Part shown: one piece after another, positions 18,903 to 27,775 of the stretch
How the letters are laid out: each line of letters opens with the position of its first letter
Numbering within the stretch: the stretch's first letter is position 1
Assembly: GCA_964579265.1 (NCBI GenBank)
Contig: CAZOFO010000001.1
Coordinates: 46,115 to 110,114, forward strand
Length of the DNA: 64,000 nucleotides
Direction: 5' to 3'
Source: Candidatus Micrarchaeota archaeon
GTDB taxonomy: Archaea > B1Sed10-29
The notes under the pieces: model-generated
What the model saw: only the letters and a program-made list of their open reading frames with translations
Database searches by the model: none
Told to the model about the DNA's origin: nothing
Program-made: the position numbers and the translations under genes

Positions 18903-19176
18903 CTTCTCAGTACCTCTCTACACCTGTTTTTATTTTGTACTTTATTTTATTTAAAAATATATAAATCCTTTTCCCTTATCTCCGAAAGGTTTTTAAATAC
19001 CTAAACCAACATTTGAAAAATAAAAAACTCTCTAAGAGTTTTATTCAGTTATATGAAGATTTATGAATATTTAAGAACTATTATGAAACTTTAGAAATCT
19101 TCATGAACTTAAATAAACAACGAAAGGAATATAAAGATCAAAAACACTAATATCCATGAATAGGATATCATAGGAG

Positions 19177-20499
19177 GTGTCCAACATGAATTTGAGTTCC
19201 GGAAAAATGTTTGCCATAGCAATCTCTTTAGTGCTGGCAGTATCGATGATCTCAGCTACAGCAGTACTAGCGCAAGGCCCACCATCAAATAGAGAAAATG
19301 ATGAAGAAGTACCAGGCCCGGGTAATGGAGAAGAAAATGAAACCAATGGAGAAGGAATGCCAGAGATAGGTCCTCCAGAAGATATTGAAAACGTAGGGAG
19401 AGGCAAAGGAATAGGAGAAAGAGTAAGAGAAATAGTAGGAGAAAAAGTAGAAGAAATACATGAAGCGATAAAAGGAGAAAACGTATCTGGAGGAGAAATT
19501 GCGGGCATAGCTCAAGAAATAGGAGTAGAAGTAGAAGACGTTGTAAGAGTAGAAGTAAGAAACATAAAAAATGAAACAAGAAACAGAATCGACCAGGAAG
19601 AAGATCAAGGAGAAAGAATGAGAATGCAGGTACAGCAAGCTAGAGCAGGTAGATACGACTACGCATACGATAGATTTGCTACAGAAGCAAGAGAAAAAAT
19701 AAATGAATTAGAACAAAGAGGAAAAGAAACCGAAGAACTAGGAGAAATACTAAATGAAATATCAGTTGCCTACATGGAAGCACACAGAGCTGAAGACCCT
19801 GAAGAAAGAGCTCAAGAAATGAAAGAAAAAGCACAACAATTCAGAAATAAATTTGAAGAATCTGCAGGAGATGAAGCAGAAGAAATAAGAAACAAATCAA
19901 GAGAAAGAGCTCAAGAAGCAGAAGAACATATGGAAGCAGTGAGAAAAGAAGCATGGGGAAACGCTAGAAATGCAGCTCTTAATGTATTCCAAAACAGGAT
20001 AGAAGCAGCAGAAAACAAAATAGAAGCATACCAACAAGCAGGATTTAATACAGAAGAAATGGAAAGCTCTCTAGAAGATCTAAGAAATATGGAGACTGAA
20101 TTAGAACAAGCATACGAAGGAGGAGACAGAGAAGAACTTCGAGAAGTAAAAGAATCCATAAGAGAAGAATGGAAAAGCATAATGAGAGCACAACCGGAAG
20201 AAAGAGCACAAGAATATGAGGAAACAATAGAAAAACTGAACCGAACACTCAGAGATAGCGAAGGAATAATCGAAGCCGCTCAAGAAAGAGGAATAGATGT
20301 AGCTGAAGCAGTAGCATCACAGGAAGGAATAGAAAACGGTATAGAAAGAGCTAAAGAAGCTATGGAAGAAGGAAACTATGAAGAAGCCAAACAAGAAATA
20401 GAAAACCTAAGAGAAGATTTCAAGGAATACAGGGAAAAAGCAGCAGGGATTGCACAAGAACTTAGAGGAGAAATGCAAGAAGGAGTCCCAGGAGGTTGA
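19177..20499 (+). CDS. secreted E/R/K-rich alpha-helical repeat (coiled-coil) protein
   Basis: Signal peptide (MNLSSGKMFAIAISLVLAVSMISATAVLAQG). The rest is highly charged with a recurring PEERAQE / RERAQE motif (x3); ends in GG. Confidence 0.5.
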   Translation: MSNMNLSSGKMFAIAISLVLAVSMISATAVLAQGPPSNRENDEEVPGPGNGEENETNGEGMPEIGPPEDIENVGRGKGIGERVREIVGEKVEEIHEAIKGENVSGGEIAGIAQEIGVEVEDVVRVEVRNIKNETRNRIDQEEDQGERMRMQVQQARAGRYDYAYDRFATEAREKINELEQRGKETEELGEILNEISVAYMEAHRAEDPEERAQEMKEKAQQFRNKFEESAGDEAEEIRNKSRERAQEAEEHMEAVRKEAWGNARNAALNVFQNRIEAAENKIEAYQQAGFNTEEMESSLEDLRNMETELEQAYEGGDREELREVKESIREEWKSIMRAQPEERAQEYEETIEKLNRTLRDSEGIIEAAQERGIDVAEAVASQEGIENGIERAKEAMEEGNYEEAKQEIENLREDFKEYREKAAGIAQELRGEMQEGVPGG

Positions 20500-20504
20500 T
20501 AAGG

Positions 20505-20759
20505 ATGGAAATCAGTAAAATAATCCCAATCCTGTTAATAGGAATACTATTAATAGGAATAGGCTGCATCGGTCCTTTTGCAGAGGAAGAACCTGAAGAA
20601 GAAGTTGAAGATCCGGAAGAAACGGAAGAAACCATTGATGAAGAAAGACTAAGTGAAATGGAAGAAAGTTTGGAATCAATGGAAAGAACTCTGGACTCCG
20701 TGTTGATGGAGCTCGAGGATCTGGATCTAGAAAACTTCACAGTGGAAGATGAACTGTAA
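20505..20759 (+). CDS. small acidic secreted/lipobox-like protein sharing the leader of the 37100 gene
   Basis: MEISKIIPILLIGILLIGIGCIGPFAEEEPEEE is near-identical to the N-terminus of the protein at 37100 (LVIGIGCIGPFAEDEPEDE). Start placed at ATG 20505; the track start at 20496 is TTG. Confidence 0.45.
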   Translation: MEISKIIPILLIGILLIGIGCIGPFAEEEPEEEVEDPEETEETIDEERLSEMEESLESMERTLDSVLMELEDLDLENFTVEDEL

Positions 20760-20786
20760 AATCTCTTCCTCTTAAACCTTTTTTTA

Positions 20787-21878
20787 TTATTTAAAATTCT
20801 TAAAAAAGTATTTTATACCCATTGGCCAGAATCTTGGTCTTTTCAGAATCTCTTTTTTGAGTTTTCCAGGGTGGTCCATGTCTCCATGTTCTTCTATCAA
20901 TCTATCGATGTTATATCTTTTTATTTTCTTTATCAGTTTTTCTTTGTCCGTCCTATTGAGGAATTTCCTGATTTTCAAATGAGTCTTCAAATCTTTGTTT
21001 ATCTCACGCTGTTTCGATGTGTAAAGTCCAGGTTCTCCTTTTTTGATCGCTTTAGCTAGATTTTCTGCGGATTTACATCCCATTACAACTCCTCCTCCTG
21101 TAGTTGCTTTTACTTGACCTGCTGCGTCTCCTACTAAAGCCCATTTATTACCAATTATTTCTTTATCTGGATTAAATATTGGTATTGGTGCTGATCCTGT
21201 TCTTTTTATTTCTGATTCGTTTATTTTTATGTTTTCTTTTTTTATAAATTGTTCTAGAGCTTTTTCTAGGTTTCTATTTCTTGTTCCTATCCCTATCTTT
21301 GCTTTGTTTTCACTTAGAGGTATTCTCCAAGCGAAGAAATCTGGAGTGTATTCTCCCATGTATATTTCCGTGTAATCAGGGTTTATCTCAGTTTCTGTGA
21401 TCACTTGGTAGGTGTAATAGAATTCGTTGAGTTTGCTTTTCTCTCTGGCTACTGAGGAGATGGCTCCGTCTGCTCCTACTAGAAATTCCTCTTTATCTTT
21501 TCTTTTTGCTCTTTCTCTTGACTTCCACTTTCTGCCTTTTTTTATTTTCACGCCTTCTTTTTTTGCTTCTTCTCTGAGTTTCTTTTTGAGTTTCTTCATA
21601 TCTAGGACATGTGCTTGGGTTTCTTCTCTTTCCACTGTGAGTTCTTCATCATCTGCTTTTACTTTGCATCCTTTCACGCTGTTCAGGATCGCTTCTTGGT
21701 ACGGTAGATCCAAGCTGTTTAGACCTGTTTTGGAGATGAGGCCTCCGCAGGTTTTCCTTTGTAGTTCTTCATTCTTTTCCCATGACTCTGTTTCCACTTT
21801 GTCTATTTCACCTAGCTTTTTCCCTAGGTAGCTACCTACTATTCCTCCTCCTATTATTTTCACTTGCATTTTTTCCAA
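20787..21878 (-). CDS. geranylgeranyl reductase-family FAD-dependent oxidoreductase (archaeal lipid saturation) with K-rich insertion
   Basis: N-terminal FAD motif IIGGGIVGSYLG, TCGG, C-terminal GDAAGQVKATTGGG. A ~60-aa K/R/E-rich insertion (KKLKKKLREEAKKEGVKIKKGRKWKSRERAKRKDKEE). Confidence 0.75.
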   Translation of the reverse strand: MEKMQVKIIGGGIVGSYLGKKLGEIDKVETESWEKNEELQRKTCGGLISKTGLNSLDLPYQEAILNSVKGCKVKADDEELTVEREETQAHVLDMKKLKKKLREEAKKEGVKIKKGRKWKSRERAKRKDKEEFLVGADGAISSVAREKSKLNEFYYTYQVITETEINPDYTEIYMGEYTPDFFAWRIPLSENKAKIGIGTRNRNLEKALEQFIKKENIKINESEIKRTGSAPIPIFNPDKEIIGNKWALVGDAAGQVKATTGGGVVMGCKSAENLAKAIKKGEPGLYTSKQREINKDLKTHLKIRKFLNRTDKEKLIKKIKRYNIDRLIEEHGDMDHPGKLKKEILKRPRFWPMGIKYFFKNFK

Positions 21879-21971
21879 CCTGTTTTTTAATTATCTTCTG
21901 TATATATAGGGTTTTGTGAAGAACATGTTAAAGAGTAACTTTTATTAATGAGGGTGTTTAGAAGTATTATT

Positions 21972-22089
21972 GCTTGGCGGCCACAGCGGAGGGGTAATAC
22001 CCGGACTCATTCCGAACCCGGCAGTCAAGTCCTCCAGCGACCTTCTGAGTACTGCTCTTTAGTGGGAAAGGTGGTACGCTGCCAAGCAC
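21972..22089 (+). rRNA. rrf: 5S ribosomal RNA (standalone)
   Basis: TGCTTGGCGGCCACAGCGG...CCCGGACTCATTCCGAACCCGGCAGTCAAG...GCTGCCAAGCA. Terminal helix is complementary (GCTTGGCGG/CTGCCAAGC). Loop C (CCGAACCCGG) and AGU.AAG motifs are conserved with archaeal 5S. GC-rich island; TATA-like TTTTATTAAT about 30 nt upstream. Confidence 0.85.
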
Positions 22090-22165
22090 TCTTTGTACTC
22101 ATTTTTTCTATTTATTAAGGTTCTTTTTTCATAAAGAATTATTAATCTGGAGTATCTTATTTTTC

Positions 22166-22244
22166 GTGGCGCCGTGATGAGGACACCAGGCTGTTTGATT
22201 TCATTAGATGAAATCGACTTTGAGTACCGAGCGGCGTCTCTGTC
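22166..22244 (+). ncRNA. candidate small structured RNA with C/D-box-like elements (possible box C/D sRNA)
   Basis: GC-rich island in an intergenic spacer. Terminal stem GGCGCCG/CGGCGTC (7 bp, one G-U). GTGATGA (C-box consensus RUGAUGA) lies immediately 3' of the 5' stem. Internal CTGT (degenerate D') and AGATGA (C'-like). CCGA (degenerate D) lies immediately 5' of the 3' stem. Followed by TTTTTT; AT-rich TATA-like element ~30 nt upstream. Confidence 0.3.
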
Positions 22245-22248
22245 TTTT

Positions 22249-22464
22249 TTAATTACTTTTATTACTAATAAAATCTTTAATTACTTTTATAAAGAGTCCT
22301 AAGAATAGAATGTATATTGGCCACCACATTTCTTCGCTGCTTGAATATATGTGACCCCATAATATTCCTAATACAAATATCGTTAGAGTATATAGTATTA
22401 TGAAGGATATTGAGTCCTCTATAGATTCAAATATATCGTCAGCTATGGTTTTGGCTAAGCCCAT
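22249..22464 (-). CDS. possible small membrane protein (71 aa)
   Basis: Short ORF with two hydrophobic segments; weak evidence. Confidence 0.2.
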   Translation of the reverse strand: MGLAKTIADDIFESIEDSISFIILYTLTIFVLGILWGHIYSSSEEMWWPIYILFLGLFIKVIKDFISNKSN

Positions 22465-22515
22465 GTTTTTCTTCTGTTCTTTGTGTAATAAAATACTTTA
22501 TCCTAAGTATTTTCT

Positions 22516-22935
22516 TTATATCTCTATTTTTTGTTTTGTAGGTGTTTCTATTTCTTCTATCTCTGTTTCTTCTCTATTCATTTCTTTAGCTTTTTCCAAT
22601 ACGTGGGTTTTATCTTGAAGTCTTTCTAAGGCTTCGTTTGCTTTTTCCAACGACTTACAAAGTTTTTCTATTTCATCTTTTGTTTTTATTACTTCTTCAT
22701 TTGTTCCGTTTTCTCTTATTCTTTCTTTCGAGTCAAAACTTTCTTCAGATTCTCTATTGTTGTCTTGAGTAGCTTGGTTTTCTTCTTTGTTTTTATAAGG
22801 GTCGTGTAGTACCTTTGCTTGGTCTTCACCATCGTATTGTTTTTTTCTCATTTCTTTCTTTTTTTGTTGGGCTTCCATTATCTTTTCTTGGGCTTCTTGT
22901 TCGTATTTTTTCATTATTTTGTTCATCAGCGGCAT
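22516..22935 (-). CDS. hypothetical K/E-rich coiled-coil protein (139 aa)
   Basis: ORF; low-complexity charged sequence. Confidence 0.35.
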   Translation of the reverse strand: MPLMNKIMKKYEQEAQEKIMEAQQKKKEMRKKQYDGEDQAKVLHDPYKNKEENQATQDNNRESEESFDSKERIRENGTNEEVIKTKDEIEKLCKSLEKANEALERLQDKTHVLEKAKEMNREETEIEEIETPTKQKIEI

Positions 22936-23147
22936 TTTTTTCTCACCTGCGTCACCGTTTTTTCTCCTGTGTTGACAGGAGATTTTTAGATATATAGGAT
23001 AAGGGAAAAATCATTTATAAAACTTTTGTTCAATTAGGTTTAACTTTTTCAGGTTGATCGATGGTCATCGTGTTGTTTTTGAATCTCTTTTGTTTATAGG
23101 AGGTGTATTTTAATGTTTTTTCTCTGCAGAGTTTCTTTTTATTTTTT

Positions 23148-23831
23148 TTATTCTTCTAGTTCTCTTTTTATTTCTTTGAAAGTGTTTATAAATGTGTATG
23201 CTTCTTTTTTTTCCATATAGGATTTGTTTAATGTTCTCTTGAATATTTTTTTAGTTTCTTCAGTTTTTTTGATTTCTTCTAGTTCTTCTATTACTTCTTC
23301 TATGTATTTGAACAGTGTTTGTTTTTCTTTGGATATATCTGAAGATTTTGATTCTTTTTCTGCGTTTCTGAGTTCGTATAGAAATATGGTGGCTGCATGG
23401 GTTATGTTCATAACTGGATATTCTTTACTTGTTGGTATGTGGGCTACTACATCGCATTTTTTTAGTTCTTCGTTGTTTAGTCCTTTTCCTTCTCTTCCTA
23501 GTATTAATGCGTTTTCTCCTTCTCCTTTTTCTATATTTTTTCTTAGTTTTTTCGGGGTTAGGTAGGTTCTTTCCCATTTGTAGTTATCTGGTATTTGTCC
23601 AGTAGTGCCTATCAAGTTTTCAACTTCTTCTTTAACTTCTTCTAGGTTTTTTAGTCTTCTAGCGTTTTTGATTGTTTCGTAGGCGTGTTTTGCTCTTGCT
23701 TTTACTTCTCCGTTTTCAACTTCGCATTGGGGATTGATTAGAATTAGTTCTTTTTCTCCAAAATTATTCATTGCTCTTGCAAGTGCTCCGATGTTTCCGG
23801 AGGTCTCTGGCTCCACGAATACTACTTTCAT
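23148..23831 (-). CDS. SPOUT-class RNA 2'-O-methyltransferase, TrmJ-like (tRNA Cm32/Um32-type)
   Basis: N-terminus VVFVEPETSGNIGALARAMNNFG resembles TrmJ VLVE.SH.GN.G..ARAMK..G. Trefoil-knot region ALILGREGKGLNNEELKKCDVVAHIPT..PVMNITHAATIFLYEL. K/E-rich C-terminal tail. Confidence 0.65.
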   Translation of the reverse strand: MKVVFVEPETSGNIGALARAMNNFGEKELILINPQCEVENGEVKARAKHAYETIKNARRLKNLEEVKEEVENLIGTTGQIPDNYKWERTYLTPKKLRKNIEKGEGENALILGREGKGLNNEELKKCDVVAHIPTSKEYPVMNITHAATIFLYELRNAEKESKSSDISKEKQTLFKYIEEVIEELEEIKKTEETKKIFKRTLNKSYMEKKEAYTFINTFKEIKRELEE

Positions 23832-24112
23832 ATCTTTCTCCTGCTTTTCTTTGTTTTCTGTTTTTTGCTCTTTTCTTCTTTTTCCTTTAATCTCTTTTCT
23901 ATTTCTTCAATTTTTTTCTTTTTCTTCTTTGTTCTTTCTTTTCTTTTTAGTTCTCTTATTTTTTCATTTGTTCTTGATATTTTTGAACCTAGTCTGTTTA
24001 CTTTTTTTACATTTCCATTTCTTCTTGCTTTAGCGTGTTTTTTCTCTAATTTTCCAAGTCTTCTTTTATTCCAGGATAATCTGAGTTTTGTTAAAAAGCC
24101 CATTTTGTTCAC
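23828..24112 (-). CDS. small highly basic protein (94 aa, K/R-rich)
   Basis: ORF overlapping the TrmJ-like start by 4 nt; composition suggests a nucleic-acid-binding protein. Confidence 0.35.
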   Translation of the reverse strand: MNKMGFLTKLRLSWNKRRLGKLEKKHAKARRNGNVKKVNRLGSKISRTNEKIRELKRKERTKKKKKKIEEIEKRLKEKEEKSKKQKTKKSRRKI

Positions 24113-24125
24113 CTCTAGTATATTT

Positions 24126-24806
24126 TTATCTTTTACCTTCTATTAAGTGCAGGTAGTCCTTTATTTCTTTGTTTTTTATCCCGCATCCTGCGAATTTTGC
24201 TGCATATAGACTTCCTTCTAGTATTTCTCTGTTTTTTTCCGGGAAGTAGTTTTCTTCATAAGCTATTGCTATTATCTCTGAACTTCTCATCACGTTTATT
24301 TCTTTTGTTTCTTCTCTTATTTTTTTCTTTTTCTGATCATTTATCTCTATGTCTATCTTGGATTCTGATTGTATGTATTCTTTCAGTTGATTTATGTTTT
24401 CTACTAGTAATCTAGTTGTTCTTTCATCTATCAGTAAGTTGTGGGTGTTTAATTCTTTTAAAAGTGCTATGGTTCTTGCTTCTCCTTCGTGGACTATTTC
24501 TATCGGTTTTTTATTCTTTTGGTTTATTAATAATTGATTGCTATCTTTTTTTATTTGTTCAGATTTCTTTTTTGCTTTTTCTGTTTTTTCTACTTCTATT
24601 ATACCTTTATCTATTAGTTCTCGAAACTTTATTGCTTTTAATTTAAATTCTTTAGTTTTCATTGGTTTGTTTACTATTTCCTCTTTAACTGAATGAGGGA
24701 CTATGAATTCGGTATTGTGTTTTTCTTTTAGATAAGGAAGTATTCCTAGGGCACATATGTTTCCAAGTGATATTAGGCTACTTGAATCGCAGATTAATTT
24801 ACTCAT
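24126..24806 (-). CDS. PIN-like domain protein (predicted nuclease) with K-rich insertion
   Basis: N-terminus LICDSSSLISLGNICALGILPYL resembles the first acidic motif of PIN domains; later GEARTIALLKELNTHNLLIDER. Assignment tentative. Confidence 0.35.
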   Translation of the reverse strand: MSKLICDSSSLISLGNICALGILPYLKEKHNTEFIVPHSVKEEIVNKPMKTKEFKLKAIKFRELIDKGIIEVEKTEKAKKKSEQIKKDSNQLLINQKNKKPIEIVHEGEARTIALLKELNTHNLLIDERTTRLLVENINQLKEYIQSESKIDIEINDQKKKKIREETKEINVMRSSEIIAIAYEENYFPEKNREILEGSLYAAKFAGCGIKNKEIKDYLHLIEGKR

Positions 24807-25459
24807 TTTTCTCTCCTTTTTTCTTTTATTATGTTTTTTGACTTTTGATACCTTTTTTCTATTGGTATGGTTAATGTGTGTTCTTTTTCAGGTATTCTGG
24901 TTGCTCCTAGATAGGGTAAGAGTTTTTCTTGACTGGTCCCTGTTATTTCTACTGAGGATTTTAGAGATAATCCTAGTGAGTATAGTCTACTAGCTTGTTT
25001 TTTCCTACCGTGGTCTATTACTCCTTCGATGTAGTTTCCGGCTTCTTCGTTGAATTCTTTAATTATTTTCTTTATATTTTCTAGCATTTCTCTTTTCTTT
25101 TTTGTATTCTCTTCTAATTCTTTCTGTATCTTTTCTTTGAATTCGTTCCATCCTGGTTCTTCTCTGTAGTGTGGTTTTCTCAGGATCTTTGATAGGGCGT
25201 AAGCGATTATTGACATTTCTATTAATTCTTTTTCTCTTGTTATCATTGCTTTTTCTGTTATTTGATTGCTAATTTTTCTTAATTTTCTTGGATTGTCTTT
25301 TTTGAATGCTTTTTCTATGGATTTTAATTTTTTTTCTTTTTTCATTATGTCTTCGCTTTTTATTTCTTTCAGTATTTCTTTTTTTTCTTTCTTTTTTCCA
25401 AAGTTCTTTATTTTTTTCATTATTTTCTTCATGTTTTTCTCTCCTTTAGAATTTTTCAA
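24803..25459 (-). CDS. hypothetical protein (218 aa), K-rich N-terminus
   Basis: ORF overlapping neighbours on both sides (operon member); no confident motif. Confidence 0.35.
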   Translation of the reverse strand: MKNSKGEKNMKKIMKKIKNFGKKKEKKEILKEIKSEDIMKKEKKLKSIEKAFKKDNPRKLRKISNQITEKAMITREKELIEMSIIAYALSKILRKPHYREEPGWNEFKEKIQKELEENTKKKREMLENIKKIIKEFNEEAGNYIEGVIDHGRKKQASRLYSLGLSLKSSVEITGTSQEKLLPYLGATRIPEKEHTLTIPIEKRYQKSKNIIKEKRREK

Positions 25460-26468
25460 GATGGGTTTGTTGAGTCTCTTCTTTCATTTTTTTATTTATT
25501 TTCTCCACTACTTTTTCTACTCTTTCTTTGCTGAAGTCGTGTTTTTCCACTAGTAGTTCTTCTATTTCTTTTTTGTTTGGTTCTCCCCATTCTAGTTTGT
25601 ATTTGTCAGTTATTTTGGGTTCTTTGAATATTTTCCTTATTTTATCCAAATCTATCTCTGGTTCTTGGTTTTTTTCTTCATAGGCTTGTTCTGCTTTTTT
25701 TCCTTTTTTAACTTTTTTCAATGCTTTTTTTGGTCCTATCCCTTTTATTCCTTTGTTGTAGTCTGTTCCTGTCATTATTGCTATTTCTATTAGTTTTTCC
25801 TGGTCTATACCTAGTTCTTGAAGTGTTTCTTTTAGTTTTATCTGTTCTGGTTTTATCTCTTTGTATTTGTCCTTGTTCGGTATTTTCCTTTTTCCTGTTA
25901 TTGTAAGATTTCTCACTAGTATTGGCGTGCCGTAGATAAGTGAATCGTAGTCTTGACTGCTAGATGCCCATACGTCTCCTTTTTTACATATGTAAGATGC
26001 TTGGGCTTCTCCTTCTCCAGGGGCTTGTACTATAGGTATATTCATTGCTTCTAGAAGTTTTTTTGCTGAATCCACCATTTCTTTTTTCAGTTTCACTGAT
26101 CCTTGAGCGTGTTTCCTTGCTTCTTTTTTCTTTCCTTTTTTTAGAGCTTCTTCGTATTTTTTTCTAGCTTCTTCTCTCTTTTTTTCTCTTTCATTTATCT
26201 CTTTTTCTTTTGGTTTTGGTGGTTCGCCGTCGAATACGTATACTGGTTTAATATCTTTTTCTATTAGTTTTCCTGTCCTGTACAGAAGTCCTGACAAGTG
26301 ACTGGTTATTCTGCCCTGGGAGTCTTTTAGAGGTTTACCGTTTCTTTGCCTTATTATTGATAGAAATTGATAGAGGGTGTTGTATGCGTCTATAGAGATT
26401 TTTCTACCTTTGAAGCTCTTTATCTCTTTTTCTTCCTTGGGTACTATGTCGCCGATTCCTACTCCCAT
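25446..26468 (-). CDS. fen: flap endonuclease 1
   Basis: N-terminus MGVGIGDIVPKEEKEIKSFKGRKISIDAYNTLYQFLS and VYVFDGEPP match the FEN-1/XPG-N domain; H3TH region GIGPKKALKKVKK. K/E-rich insertion after the N domain. Confidence 0.85.
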   Translation of the reverse strand: MGVGIGDIVPKEEKEIKSFKGRKISIDAYNTLYQFLSIIRQRNGKPLKDSQGRITSHLSGLLYRTGKLIEKDIKPVYVFDGEPPKPKEKEINEREKKREEARKKYEEALKKGKKKEARKHAQGSVKLKKEMVDSAKKLLEAMNIPIVQAPGEGEAQASYICKKGDVWASSSQDYDSLIYGTPILVRNLTITGKRKIPNKDKYKEIKPEQIKLKETLQELGIDQEKLIEIAIMTGTDYNKGIKGIGPKKALKKVKKGKKAEQAYEEKNQEPEIDLDKIRKIFKEPKITDKYKLEWGEPNKKEIEELLVEKHDFSKERVEKVVEKINKKMKEETQQTHLEKF

Positions 26469-26609
26469 AAGGATCCCTATTATACTTCAGTGGTTTAATA
26501 GTAATAAGTCTTTTTCCAAATTTATTATTTGAATATCTCTACATTATTATGAGGTTTATGGAATGTAGGTTTAAATAAGTCTGAATCATTATTTTAATAA
26601 GGAGGAGTT

Positions 26610-26873
26610 ATGATGGGTAAATCGTCTAAGAGAAAGAAAAATAAGAAAAAAACAGATAGTAAGAAAAAAGGACTTGAGATGGTTTTTGATTATGTTAGAA
26701 GAGTTGATTATAATCTGAAGGAGCAGGTAAAGTATATAATGGCTTCTGATGAGTCAAAGGTTCAGAAAATTAATAAAGTGGATCGTTTATTGAATGAAGC
26801 TACTATCCCGGATAAGAAAAGAGAAAAGATTCTTGAAGATGTTAAGGAAAAACTTGAAAAAGAGAAGTATTGA
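26610..26873 (+). CDS. hypothetical small basic protein (87 aa)
   Basis: ORF only. Confidence 0.3.
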   Translation: MMGKSSKRKKNKKKTDSKKKGLEMVFDYVRRVDYNLKEQVKYIMASDESKVQKINKVDRLLNEATIPDKKREKILEDVKEKLEKEKY

Positions 26874-26899
26874 TTTATTTTCATTCTTGTGGTGGTGAC

Positions 26900-26980
26900 G
26901 CGGGGACCGGGATTCGAACCCGGGAGACCGTAAGGTCACTGGTTTAGCAAACCAGCGCACTACCACTATGCGACCCCCGC
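26900..26980 (-). tRNA. tRNA-Ser (anticodon GCU), class II
   Basis: Reverse complement reads GCGGGGG-T-CGCA-TAGTGGTAG-TGCG-CTGGT-TTGCTAA-ACCAG-[GACC-TTAC-GGTC]-CCGGG-TTCGAAT-CCCGG-TCCCCGC. Anticodon GCT; long variable arm. Confidence 0.75.
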
Positions 26981-27036
26981 TTATTAGATTTCTTTTACTT
27001 CGTTTTTATCTTTATATGTCTTATTTGTTTTTATAC

Positions 27037-27744
27037 TTATTCTTTCATTACTTCGAATGCTTCTTCCAGGTTGTTAACACATGTGACTTCTATTCCTGGG
27101 GTTTCCTGGTATTCTTCACACTGGCTTGCTGGAATTAATACTTCTTCTATGTTTTTTTCTTTAGCTACTTCTATCTTTTCGTCTAGTAGTGAAACTTTTC
27201 TTACGGATCCTCTAGATGTAAGTACTCCTGTTGCTGCTTTGTTATCCTCTAGTTCTTCTCTTGTTATTATCTGTTTTAGAGCTATCCCGAGGGACAGAGA
27301 TCCGCTTGATCCTTTTATTGATCCTTCTGAAGACACGTGTATTAGTAGGTTTGTTCTGTTCAGTATTTTACCTGTTTCTTCTTCCACTGCGTCTTTCACA
27401 TCTCTTGTTGATAACTGGAATGATGAATCGTAATGGTTATTGTTTGTTTTTATGAATATATCTCCTCTTCCAGGGGTTGTAGATACTGTGAAGTTTATCA
27501 TTTTCCCAGTCTCGTTGTCTGGGTGTATCCCTATTCCTTTTACACTTGTTTGTTCTTCTCGTAGCAATAAGTCTTCTGTATCTGTTCCCCATGGTTCCCT
27601 GATTACTCTTTCTTTTGTTATGTATTCTATTTCTTTTTCAGGGGTTTGTCTGATCTGCTGGAACATTATTCCTCCTAAAAAAGTTATCTCTGCAAGCACT
27701 ATTATCGCTATTATCTTCCATACTTCGCTCCATGTTAGTTTCAT
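27037..27744 (-). CDS. membrane-anchored Lon-like (S16) serine protease domain protein, no AAA+ module
   Basis: N-terminal TM (IIAIIVLAEITFLGGIMF). Lon proteolytic-domain motifs SIKGSSGSLSLGIALKQ (catalytic Ser region) and GSVRKVSLLDEKIEVAKEKNIEEVLIP (catalytic Lys region; compare Lon GGLKEK...VLIP). Confidence 0.6.
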   Translation of the reverse strand: MKLTWSEVWKIIAIIVLAEITFLGGIMFQQIRQTPEKEIEYITKERVIREPWGTDTEDLLLREEQTSVKGIGIHPDNETGKMINFTVSTTPGRGDIFIKTNNNHYDSSFQLSTRDVKDAVEEETGKILNRTNLLIHVSSEGSIKGSSGSLSLGIALKQIITREELEDNKAATGVLTSRGSVRKVSLLDEKIEVAKEKNIEEVLIPASQCEEYQETPGIEVTCVNNLEEAFEVMKE

Positions 27745-27775
27745 TTTTTCCCTTTTTTTTCCTTATTAGTTTTAA

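Noticed and set aside
22815-22997. 60-aa plus-strand ORF and a TCTCCTG-TGTTGA-CAGGAGA hairpin flanked by T-runs in the 22936-23147 spacer
   Set aside because: The ORF is low-complexity antisense of the 22516 gene. The hairpin has T-runs on the plus strand only while both neighbouring genes are on the minus strand. No coherent terminator or sRNA model, so not called.
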